Shown one piece after another: positions 52,354 to 60,726 of a DNA stretch of 64,000 bases. Both the position numbers and the translations under genes were made by a program. The stretch is from contig CP084167.1 in the NCBI GenBank assembly GCA_021513715.1, positions 3,104,001 to 3,168,000 on the forward strand, read 5' to 3'. Each line of letters starts with the position of its first letter. Within the stretch, counting starts at the first letter, position 1. Under the pieces are notes generated by a model. That model had not been told where the DNA came from and did not search any database. It worked only from the letters and a program-made list of their open reading frames with translations. The stretch comes from Candidatus Heimdallarchaeum endolithica. GTDB lineage: Archaea; Asgardarchaeota; Heimdallarchaeia; Heimdallarchaeales; Heimdallarchaeaceae.

Positions 52354-53433
52354 GTGGTTAATTTAACATTTAGTACTCTTATTATGTTCATATCAACAAT
52401 ACCTGAGTTCATTGCCTTAATTATGTGTTTGATAAACTTTAGGAGAAAAAGATATTTACATTATTTGTATATGTTTGCGACTTGGTTCTTTCTTTGGTTA
52501 GGAAATCTTTTTTTAGCAATTGGATATTTAACTTTAAATCTTATTGTTTATAAAATAGGATTATTTGTTACCATACCTCTAACTTTTTTTATAATGCTAC
52601 TTGTTGATTCAATCTCAAGAGAATCAATTGACCCCTTTAAATTGTCAGTTGTTATGATAGTTTCGACTTTAGCTTTTGCTTTTGGTCTTGAGAAAGATGT
52701 GGTAAGGTTGAATGTTTCTAAGTTGTGTGAAACAGGACCTAGTGTTGTTGGAAAGTTCAATTACGCTCTTGCTGCTTCTTTTTTAATTTCTTCAATACTT
52801 TGGTTTTACTATTTCTTGATTTTATATCTAAAATCTCCCAAGAGTCTGAAAAGAATTGCTCTTATTAACCTTTTAGGAGCAATAATAGGTGGTCATTTAG
52901 CTGGTTTAGCTTATGCTACTGGACTTGTTTGGTATTTACCTGGAACTGATTATTTCTTAATAGCAATTGGTGCTTTATTAACTACGTATAGTTTCTCAAA
53001 AGAACCGAGACTAGGTTATATCTTGCCTTTTAAAGTCTCAAGACTTTTATTAATAGATGTAGAATCAGGCTTACCTTTATTTTCTCACACTTGGGACAAT
53101 TCAAGATTAGTCGATAGTTACTTATTTTCTGGAGCAATTCACGGAATTACACAAATATTAAAGGAAAGTCTTCATAAAGGGATAGTTAAGGAGATTGTGT
53201 TAGAAGAAGCTTCCTTAATTATCAAAGTTCCTGAGCAAAAAGATTATCCTATCGCTTTTGTTTTGATAACAAATAAAACAAGCGCGATATTATCTCAGTC
53301 ACTAGAACTTTTGGAAGAGAATATTACAAGGACTATTCCTAAAGAAAAAATAGAAGAAATGACAATTAACCAATCATCAAATCTTGGAAATTATATAAAT
53401 TCTGCCTTCCCTTACGTTGTATCATACACCTAA
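52354..53433 (+). CDS. 7TM membrane protein with C-terminal longin-like domain
   Basis: About seven hydrophobic helices, then LLIDVESGLPLFSHTW...DSYLFSGAIHGITQILKE. Confidence 0.7.
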   Translation: MVNLTFSTLIMFISTIPEFIALIMCLINFRRKRYLHYLYMFATWFFLWLGNLFLAIGYLTLNLIVYKIGLFVTIPLTFFIMLLVDSISRESIDPFKLSVVMIVSTLAFAFGLEKDVVRLNVSKLCETGPSVVGKFNYALAASFLISSILWFYYFLILYLKSPKSLKRIALINLLGAIIGGHLAGLAYATGLVWYLPGTDYFLIAIGALLTTYSFSKEPRLGYILPFKVSRLLLIDVESGLPLFSHTWDNSRLVDSYLFSGAIHGITQILKESLHKGIVKEIVLEEASLIIKVPEQKDYPIAFVLITNKTSAILSQSLELLEENITRTIPKEKIEEMTINQSSNLGNYINSAFPYVVSYT

Positions 53434-53503
53434 ATAGTTACAAAGCAAGAAATTGTTTTTAGGACAAAAAAAATAATAGAAATACTCGCAATATTTCTAC
53501 TTT

Positions 53504-54640
53504 TTAAATTTCTGTAAAGGATTCTACAACTTGTTTATTTAATCTTTTTAACGCTTCTACTATTAGTTCAACAGTATTTTCCATATCATCTACAGAAATA
53601 ATACCATTATGACTATGAATATGCCTAGTTGGGACACAAATAGCAAGAGAAGGACATCCAATTCCTGATAAATGAATAACTCCTGCATCTGTTCCTCCAG
53701 GTACAGTAGACAATTGGTATGGGATGTTTAGTTCCTCTGCTAAATCAATCATGAAATTTCTAAATCTTGGGTTGGGAATCATTGATCTATCATAAATAAA
53801 CAAACTTGGCCCTTTACCCATTTTTGCAGGAGCTTTGTCTCCAATTCCAGGGACATCTCCAGAAATATCTACATCTATTGCTATTGCTAAGTCAGGTAAG
53901 ATCTTTTCTGCAGCAGTTCGTGCTCCTCTTAACCCTACTTCTTCTTGAGTTGTTGAGCAACCATAAACTGTGTTTGGATGTTCAATATTCTCTTCTTTAA
54001 GCCTTCTTATAATTTCAGCAGTTAAAACTGCTCCTACACGATCATCAAAAGCTTTTCCCACTGCAAATTTCTTCATTTCAAATTTCTTTTCTTTGCCTTC
54101 TCCGTTTTCTGTTTCTATTAATCTAGGTCTTTCCCAAATTTCAAACTTAGCGTCAGGCATAACAGGGTCTCCTTCACGAATACCAAGTTCTTTTACTTCT
54201 TCCTTTGATATACACCCAACATCGATATACATTTTATCCTTTACAACTACTTTATTCCTATCTTCTGGTGAAAGAACGTGAGGGGGCTTGGCAGTAATAA
54301 TTCCTGGGATAAACTCTCCTTTACGAGTTCTAATAATTACTCTTTGACTGAGAAGAGTTTGATCCCACCATCCACCAAGTTGATGAAATTTAAGAAAGCC
54401 ATCTTTTGTGATAGATTTAATCTGAAAACCTATTTCATCAATATGACCAGCAATCATTATTTTAGGGCTATCCTCCGTTCCCTTTTTAGTGAAAATTAGG
54501 GAACCAGTTCTATCTTTATCGATGTGATCGGCAAATTTCTCGACATAATTACGCATCTTTTTTTGGACTTCCCATTCAAAACCTGAAGGACCAAAATCAT
54601 TAGTTAACTCTTCTAAAAGGTTGAGATTTATTTTAGACAT
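53504..54640 (-). CDS. M42 family aminopeptidase (TET-like)
   Basis: GHIDEIG, KAFDDR, QEEVGLRGA, GGTDAG, RHIHS. Confidence 0.93.
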   Translation of the reverse strand: MSKINLNLLEELTNDFGPSGFEWEVQKKMRNYVEKFADHIDKDRTGSLIFTKKGTEDSPKIMIAGHIDEIGFQIKSITKDGFLKFHQLGGWWDQTLLSQRVIIRTRKGEFIPGIITAKPPHVLSPEDRNKVVVKDKMYIDVGCISKEEVKELGIREGDPVMPDAKFEIWERPRLIETENGEGKEKKFEMKKFAVGKAFDDRVGAVLTAEIIRRLKEENIEHPNTVYGCSTTQEEVGLRGARTAAEKILPDLAIAIDVDISGDVPGIGDKAPAKMGKGPSLFIYDRSMIPNPRFRNFMIDLAEELNIPYQLSTVPGGTDAGVIHLSGIGCPSLAICVPTRHIHSHNGIISVDDMENTVELIVEALKRLNKQVVESFTEI

Positions 54641-54690
54641 AAATAAGAAAAAAAGTAAACACTTTAATATTTTGTGCTTGTAAGCTCTTT

Positions 54691-55917
54691 CTATTTTAAA
54701 ACTTGAAGAGTATAGTTTAATTCATTATTGTTAAGTTTAAAGTTGTTTAGTATAAAGAAAAAAGGAAGTAATAAAGTAGCTCCTATCATTGCAGAAAAGA
54801 CAGTAGTATCAATGGTTACATTGTAAAAGTTTAGGAATAAACTGTAGATGAAGAAAGCTAAATTTGTTATTGCAGAGATGAATGAAGTAAATGTAGCTCT
54901 AAGATCTGAACTCAGTTTTCTTTGTATCATTTGACTTATAATTGGTGCACGTCCTCCTCTTGTAATCTGCAAGGCATAGATAGCAGTAAGAATTAATAGT
55001 GAATGTAGTTTCCAGATAACAAGGTAACTTGTTGTTTCAATAATAAGAAAAGCATAAACCGCTAATAGTTCGAACTTTTGTTTTAATCTTCCAATTATTG
55101 TAGAGCTCAGAGCAGCAATAAGATTCATTGTGGCGAAAATTAATCCAATTTCAAATGTACTAATGTTTAAAGCAAATAATTTTGGTTGATATGACCAGAA
55201 TACTGCCCGTCCAAAGACAGATAACGAGAATGTAGCAATGAAAATGGATATTAGAAACTTAGAATGAATGAGTAGTTTAATAGATTTAACAGTAGCTCCG
55301 TTAATACTTTCTGCTTTTTTCCTTTCAGGTTCATAGACAAAGAGAAACATAACAGCTTTAAATCCAAAGGAAATGCTAATTATTAGCAAAGGAGTATATA
55401 GATTATGAAGAGCAATTAATCCTGAGATGGGTAAAGAAATCATTGCAGTTAAGAAACTAAGAGTGGTTGCTTTGCTGAGGATTTGCTTATATCGTTCAAT
55501 TTCATTTATCTCAATCAGACCATCATAGACCAAGCTAACATCCGAGCCTGAAATTACTGCACCTCCAACTCCAAATAGAGCTTCAGCAAGAGCATAAGCA
55601 GTAAAGGATCTTCCTATAAAATATAAGAAACAGGCAACAGTTAGGATAGAATAACCAGTTACTAATACCAGTTTTCTTTTAAACATATCAGAGAAAGCAC
55701 CAGAAGGAATCTCAAATATCATTATACTTAATGCAAATATTCCTTGCAATAGTAGCATTTGAGCAAAAGATAGGTTTGCTAACTCCCAAACTTTTACTAT
55801 TACAGGAATAACCATTGCTGTAATATCTAACTTAGAAAGGATAAAGAAAAGATTATTTCTTTTAATTAATTTTTCTTTTTCTTTACCTTTCAATTCATTT
55901 GTTGAGGAGCACATCAT
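54691..55917 (-). CDS. MFS transporter (efflux-like)
   Basis: FEIPSGAFSDMFKRK, SGSDVSLVYD, RAT; ~12 TM. Confidence 0.9.
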   Translation of the reverse strand: MMCSSTNELKGKEKEKLIKRNNLFFILSKLDITAMVIPVIVKVWELANLSFAQMLLLQGIFALSIMIFEIPSGAFSDMFKRKLVLVTGYSILTVACFLYFIGRSFTAYALAEALFGVGGAVISGSDVSLVYDGLIEINEIERYKQILSKATTLSFLTAMISLPISGLIALHNLYTPLLIISISFGFKAVMFLFVYEPERKKAESINGATVKSIKLLIHSKFLISIFIATFSLSVFGRAVFWSYQPKLFALNISTFEIGLIFATMNLIAALSSTIIGRLKQKFELLAVYAFLIIETTSYLVIWKLHSLLILTAIYALQITRGGRAPIISQMIQRKLSSDLRATFTSFISAITNLAFFIYSLFLNFYNVTIDTTVFSAMIGATLLLPFFFILNNFKLNNNELNYTLQVLK

Positions 55918-56170
55918 TTTTTCACTTCCTTTAATATTTTTGCAACAAGTAGCGAAAGGTTGAAGATAGCGTAGGCTAATAATTTGGCTAAAAACAAGTC
56001 GAGAAATTTCTTATTCACCAGAAAGAATGGACGAAAAGCCAGAACAGAGTTAAGACCCTGGTGAAGAAGTAAACTTCTACTTTTAATATGGTGTGAGGAC
56101 GATAGCATACGCTACAAAAAACCAATTATCAAGCGTATGAGTTCGTCCATTCTTAAACATCTTAACTCTA
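55918..56170 (-). promoter_or_regulatory. Candidate structured 5' leader (attenuator/riboswitch-like) of the MFS gene with uORFs
   Basis: Several 6-13 bp complementary pairs, some mutually exclusive; uORF 56150-56112; 64-codon ORF 56108-55914 overlapping the MFS ATG. Confidence 0.5.
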
Positions 56171-56303
56171 AAGTTTAATTCTTCTGTTTTGTATTTAAAC
56201 GTTTTCAAAATAGTTTTTCAACTTACAGAAAAAAGTAGAAATCTATTTAGGAAAAACTGTTTGATTACATTTATATATTGAATACTACTATATACTCGAT
56301 AAA

Positions 56304-56486
56304 ATGACTAGCTTCTTTAGAACAATTATTGATTATATAATAGGAAAAATAACACGGGTAGATAAGAATAAACTTAAGGTAGAAATGGACATAAAGGAAA
56401 AAGAATCAAAAGTATTTCGGGGAATAAAAGGGACAAAAGGTAAAGCAGAAACAGTTGTCCAAATAATGAACTCATTTAGAATATAG
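56304..56486 (+). CDS. Small hypothetical protein
   Basis: ATG ORF of 60 aa preceded by a TTTATATA TATA-like box. Confidence 0.4.
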   Translation: MTSFFRTIIDYIIGKITRVDKNKLKVEMDIKEKESKVFRGIKGTKGKAETVVQIMNSFRI

Positions 56487-56564
56487 TGTATCTACAGGAA
56501 ATTCACTAAATCTTTTTACATAAAAAAATTAAAAAAGTAGATTTCTAGCTATTTTTGTGCAAAA

Positions 56565-57620
56565 ATGATAATAAAAGAAAAAAGGACTTCTTTGATAAAA
56601 AATCTTTTTCCTTCACATGTTCCTCAAATATGGTGTCCTCCTCTTACTCATTACAATGAGAATGGAGAGATTGATTTTAACAGAATGAAAAAACATATTG
56701 AATTCTTGATACCATATATTCACTCTTTTTTAATCCCTGGTTCAACAGGAGATGGTTGGGAATTAAAACTAATTGAGTACAAGTCTATTCTTGAATTCAT
56801 TCACAAAGAATTTGGAACTAAAAACAAGATTAACTTAATCATTGGTTTGTTAAGAGAGGATCCTAAAGATAGAATGGAATTTTTAGACCATGCTATAAGT
56901 TTCCTTAAAGAGAAAAATATTGAAATCAAAGCAAATGGTTCTAATTTTGGATACTTCAAGGGTTTTGTCATATGTCCGAAAAAAGGAAAAGAATTGACTC
57001 AAGATGAAATTAAAGAAGATATTATAGAGTTACTGGAAAAAGACTATCCTTTTGTTCTTTATCAACTTCCTCAAGTTACAGAAAATGAATTAACTCCTGA
57101 ATTAGTAGAATATCTTGCAAAAAGGTACTATAATGTATATATGCTAAAAGATTCAAGTGGAGCTGATAGAATCGCTAATTCAGATAGAGATTATTACAGT
57201 CTAGTGATTCTAAGAGGAGCAGAAGGGAATTATTTTGAGCAACTGAAAATAACTGGAGGAAAGTATGATGGTTTTCTATTGAGCATTGGAAATAGTTTTC
57301 CACAAGAACTTTGTTCGTTAATTGAATTGATGAGTAAAGGAAAGAACGAACAAGCACAAAAGCTTTCAAGAAAATTGACAAATGTAGTAAACTCTGTTTT
57401 CAAGATAGCTCAACAAATTCCAAAAGGAAATGCTTTTACAAACTCTAATAAACTTATAGATCACTTTAATGCATATGGAGAAAAATGGAAAGATTTTCCT
57501 TTTCCTATTCTTCATAGTGGAGAAGAAATAGATGAAAATCTATTGGAAAAAACAGAGAAAATTTTGATGAAACAAGGGTTGTTAAGAAAAGAAGGATATA
57601 TGCTTAAAGAAAAAAAATAG
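56565..57620 (+). CDS. Dihydrodipicolinate synthase / N-acetylneuraminate lyase family aldolase
   Basis: PGSTGDG, LYQLP, catalytic Lys in LKDSSG. Confidence 0.85.
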   Translation: MIIKEKRTSLIKNLFPSHVPQIWCPPLTHYNENGEIDFNRMKKHIEFLIPYIHSFLIPGSTGDGWELKLIEYKSILEFIHKEFGTKNKINLIIGLLREDPKDRMEFLDHAISFLKEKNIEIKANGSNFGYFKGFVICPKKGKELTQDEIKEDIIELLEKDYPFVLYQLPQVTENELTPELVEYLAKRYYNVYMLKDSSGADRIANSDRDYYSLVILRGAEGNYFEQLKITGGKYDGFLLSIGNSFPQELCSLIELMSKGKNEQAQKLSRKLTNVVNSVFKIAQQIPKGNAFTNSNKLIDHFNAYGEKWKDFPFPILHSGEEIDENLLEKTEKILMKQGLLRKEGYMLKEKK

Positions 57621-57639
57621 AAAAAAGAAGAAAGAAAAA

Positions 57640-60489
57640 TTAAGATTTAAACTTTCGATACTTCTTAGCTACAAGAGTGATTATTGGAAGTGCAATAAGT
57701 AGGCTCCAGAAATTGAATGGTAAATCTAAAGTTTGTTTATCTTGTTGAGAAGTGGTTTCACTAGTAGTGTCGTCAGAACTAGATGATTCAGAAACCGCTT
57801 TGATAGATAATTTCATTTCATTGCTATTCCCAAAAGTGTCATAAGCAATTATTTTAATTGTGTGCATTCCTTCGTCAGTAATGTAAGTATTAAGGTTAAA
57901 TGATACAATAGTACCATCAACATAATTATCTGATTTTTCTAAATCACCATCAATGTATAGTTCATAGTAATCAGGATTTGCATCGTATAGAGTGAATTCT
58001 ACTTTTTGACTAGTACCTATTATGTATTCAATTGTGTGCCAGTAATCCATGTTGCTATCTATTTGAGGAGGATCATAATCATCTTGATAATTTTCATTAT
58101 AAGCATTAACATAAATTGTAACATTATTATTGTTTCCCCATTGATCAACGGCTTCAATGTAAATTTCATACGTTCCTTCTTCAAAGATATAATCATGTAA
58201 TTGTAAATGTTGTTCATTCTCAGGATACCAGCCATAACCTTCATAAGGTACATTAGAGAGCGTCAGATTTCCATTAATGTAAACATTATAAACATCAGGA
58301 TATTCATCTATAATGTAGAAAGATAGATCATAATAATCTCCAACTCTGTAATAGTCAACATCATATATATCCCCAAATGCAGGAGGATCTAATTCTGGTT
58401 GACTAGGAACCACATTAATTATCCATTCTTCTTCTCTCTTGTTTCCAGAAGTGTCATTGGCAAAGAAGGAAAGAGTATATATTCCTGTTTCGCTAAACAA
58501 TTCTTTTCCAGTGAAGAAAATCTCAAAATTATCAGGATTATAATTTCCTGATGCAATTATTTCATCATTTAGTTTAATTTCATAATAATCAGGGTTTTTC
58601 TCATAAAGCCAGAAATCATATCTTTCTGCACTTCCTAATTCATAGTAGGAGTTAACATCCCATCCTAAATCTGGTTTTCTTACATCTGTTCCTTCAGGAT
58701 AGGCTTTTATCCATAGTGCTTCTTTTCTATAATTGTCAAATTGATCATAACTTATTACAGTAAGGTTGTGTAATCCAACTTCATGAATAAGATCGTTATA
58801 GTTGTAGTAATAGTTTCTTTGTTCAGAATAATTTCCTGTATCGTATAGAGCTCCATCAACGTAAAATTCGTAGTAACTTGGGTTATCATCCCATGTATCA
58901 AACCAGAATTCTTCATAATCTCCAATAGCCCATTTATATGGTTCTCCAAAATTTTTCTCCTCATACCAGGATACATATAAAGTTGGGGGGTCTACATCTG
59001 TACCACTTGGATAAATAGTTACAGGAACAATTTCGGAATAAGTAGTGTTGACTGCGTCAGTGAATGTAATATTTATTGTATAATCCCCAATTGGCCATTT
59101 ATCACCTATCCATATATCTATTGTCTTATTATTATAACCTTCATAGTAGTTTGAGTAATATTGTGTTAAATCTGATTGATTGTAATAGAATCGTGTTTCA
59201 ACTTTCCAGATAGTATCAGAATAAATGTATAGATACCTCAAGCATAGATCTCTATCTTCTACTCCTTTATACACTTTGTTTGTTTCTATTCTACTTTGCC
59301 ATTCAGGAATAGGATATCTATCATCCTTTAAATCTTGAATCTTCATAAATAAATTTCCATTGGTATCATAGACTATAATTTTGAAATCTTTCCATCTATT
59401 GTTTGGTTGGTATTCAAAATAATCTATTGGAACAGTGTAATTCAACTCAGAACTTGTAATAGTCTGTGTGTCGACTAACTCCCAAATCCAATGTGAATAC
59501 ATTAAATTTTCTACATATAGTTCGATTTTTACAACATCTTCTGAGAATTGTAAGGGAAAAGTAATGTCTGTTGTACTATTTGTGATAGGTTGATCCCAAT
59601 CATAATTCCTAAATGTAAAGTATGGAACAAAAGAATTATCAGTAGTAGAATAGAAATGGCTAGCTTTAACTAGTGTGTGTGACTCAATATTATCGTTATT
59701 CTCTACACGAGTAAAATTAACATAAGAACTATAATCTTGTAGATACTCGTAAAAACTATAAGTAACATCGTTATTGTAAATTTTACTGAATTCTACTAAA
59801 ATTCCAGTATTATTATCAACATAATAATAATATTCATCATAGTTAACACTATATCCTTCTGTTTCTACATCATACCATGTACTATTCCATGAATTTTCCC
59901 AAACTTCAGATTTATAATAATAAACATCTACTTGGAGAGTAAATTCCTCTCCATTTACATCATAGGTTCTAGTCTCCTGTGAAAGGAATGTTGACATTCC
60001 AAAAAAACCTAAAGGATCAAAAACTAGATTAGAATAATTGGTGAAACTCCTTAAATTAGTATTTCCAGAATCCCAAGAATCATAGAGCTCTGTATGCTCA
60101 TAAGAGCTGTCTTCATACCATCCATCAGTTCCCCATTTGTGGTAGATGTTACTATAATAAGAAGAAAAATTGTTAGTACCTGTAGTAACATCAAAAACTT
60201 CTACATTATTTGAGCCTTGGTTTGCATTTGTAATATTAAATGCTCTAAGATAATTATGTTCTTCTTTGCTAGTGTATATATTATAGTACGCATAAACTTC
60301 TTTATTTTCATCTGGAAAGAATATTTCGCCTGTATTAGTTTCATAAATCCTCTTATAATTATAAATGAATTTATCTCCATCATTTAACTTATAACTTTCT
60401 GCATTCACAACTGATGTTTGAAAGCTTACAAAAGAAGTGAATGTTGCAATACAAATTAATGCAATCATAAACATGTTTTTACACTTCAA
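57640..60489 (-). CDS. Large Tyr/Asn-rich surface (S-layer/adhesin-like) protein with repeated Ig-like domains and C-terminal anchor
   Basis: Signal peptide, repeated DPP...D-x-N-P-x-Y-Y...G.H...A.D.xGN modules, Ser/Thr linker, LPFNF-TM-basic tail; start set at TTG 60489 after GGGGTCA. Confidence 0.82.
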   Translation of the reverse strand: MKCKNMFMIALICIATFTSFVSFQTSVVNAESYKLNDGDKFIYNYKRIYETNTGEIFFPDENKEVYAYYNIYTSKEEHNYLRAFNITNANQGSNNVEVFDVTTGTNNFSSYYSNIYHKWGTDGWYEDSSYEHTELYDSWDSGNTNLRSFTNYSNLVFDPLGFFGMSTFLSQETRTYDVNGEEFTLQVDVYYYKSEVWENSWNSTWYDVETEGYSVNYDEYYYYVDNNTGILVEFSKIYNNDVTYSFYEYLQDYSSYVNFTRVENNDNIESHTLVKASHFYSTTDNSFVPYFTFRNYDWDQPITNSTTDITFPLQFSEDVVKIELYVENLMYSHWIWELVDTQTITSSELNYTVPIDYFEYQPNNRWKDFKIIVYDTNGNLFMKIQDLKDDRYPIPEWQSRIETNKVYKGVEDRDLCLRYLYIYSDTIWKVETRFYYNQSDLTQYYSNYYEGYNNKTIDIWIGDKWPIGDYTINITFTDAVNTTYSEIVPVTIYPSGTDVDPPTLYVSWYEEKNFGEPYKWAIGDYEEFWFDTWDDNPSYYEFYVDGALYDTGNYSEQRNYYYNYNDLIHEVGLHNLTVISYDQFDNYRKEALWIKAYPEGTDVRKPDLGWDVNSYYELGSAERYDFWLYEKNPDYYEIKLNDEIIASGNYNPDNFEIFFTGKELFSETGIYTLSFFANDTSGNKREEEWIINVVPSQPELDPPAFGDIYDVDYYRVGDYYDLSFYIIDEYPDVYNVYINGNLTLSNVPYEGYGWYPENEQHLQLHDYIFEEGTYEIYIEAVDQWGNNNNVTIYVNAYNENYQDDYDPPQIDSNMDYWHTIEYIIGTSQKVEFTLYDANPDYYELYIDGDLEKSDNYVDGTIVSFNLNTYITDEGMHTIKIIAYDTFGNSNEMKLSIKAVSESSSSDDTTSETTSQQDKQTLDLPFNFWSLLIALPIITLVAKKYRKFKS

Positions 60490-60726
60490 TATGAGTGACC
60501 CCCAAATCAAAATTACGTCAACTAACTATTTAAACATTGCTAATCTTGTAAGTTAGAGCTCATATATTGTTAACTCGCTTAAAGATTTTTTAGTAAAGAC
60601 TGTTCCTTAATGTTGTCTACTTGTACAATGAAGATAAATTAAGAAAAAGATATGTTTCTTTGTTTCTTAAAAGTATAATCCGCTCTAGAGAAAACATTAA
60701 GTGAAAAAATGAGAAAAATAAGTAAA

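Noticed and set aside
56090-56105. GTGAGGACGA resemblance to a hammerhead ribozyme stem II
   Set aside because: The conserved CUGANGA and GAAA core elements are not present in the required arrangement.
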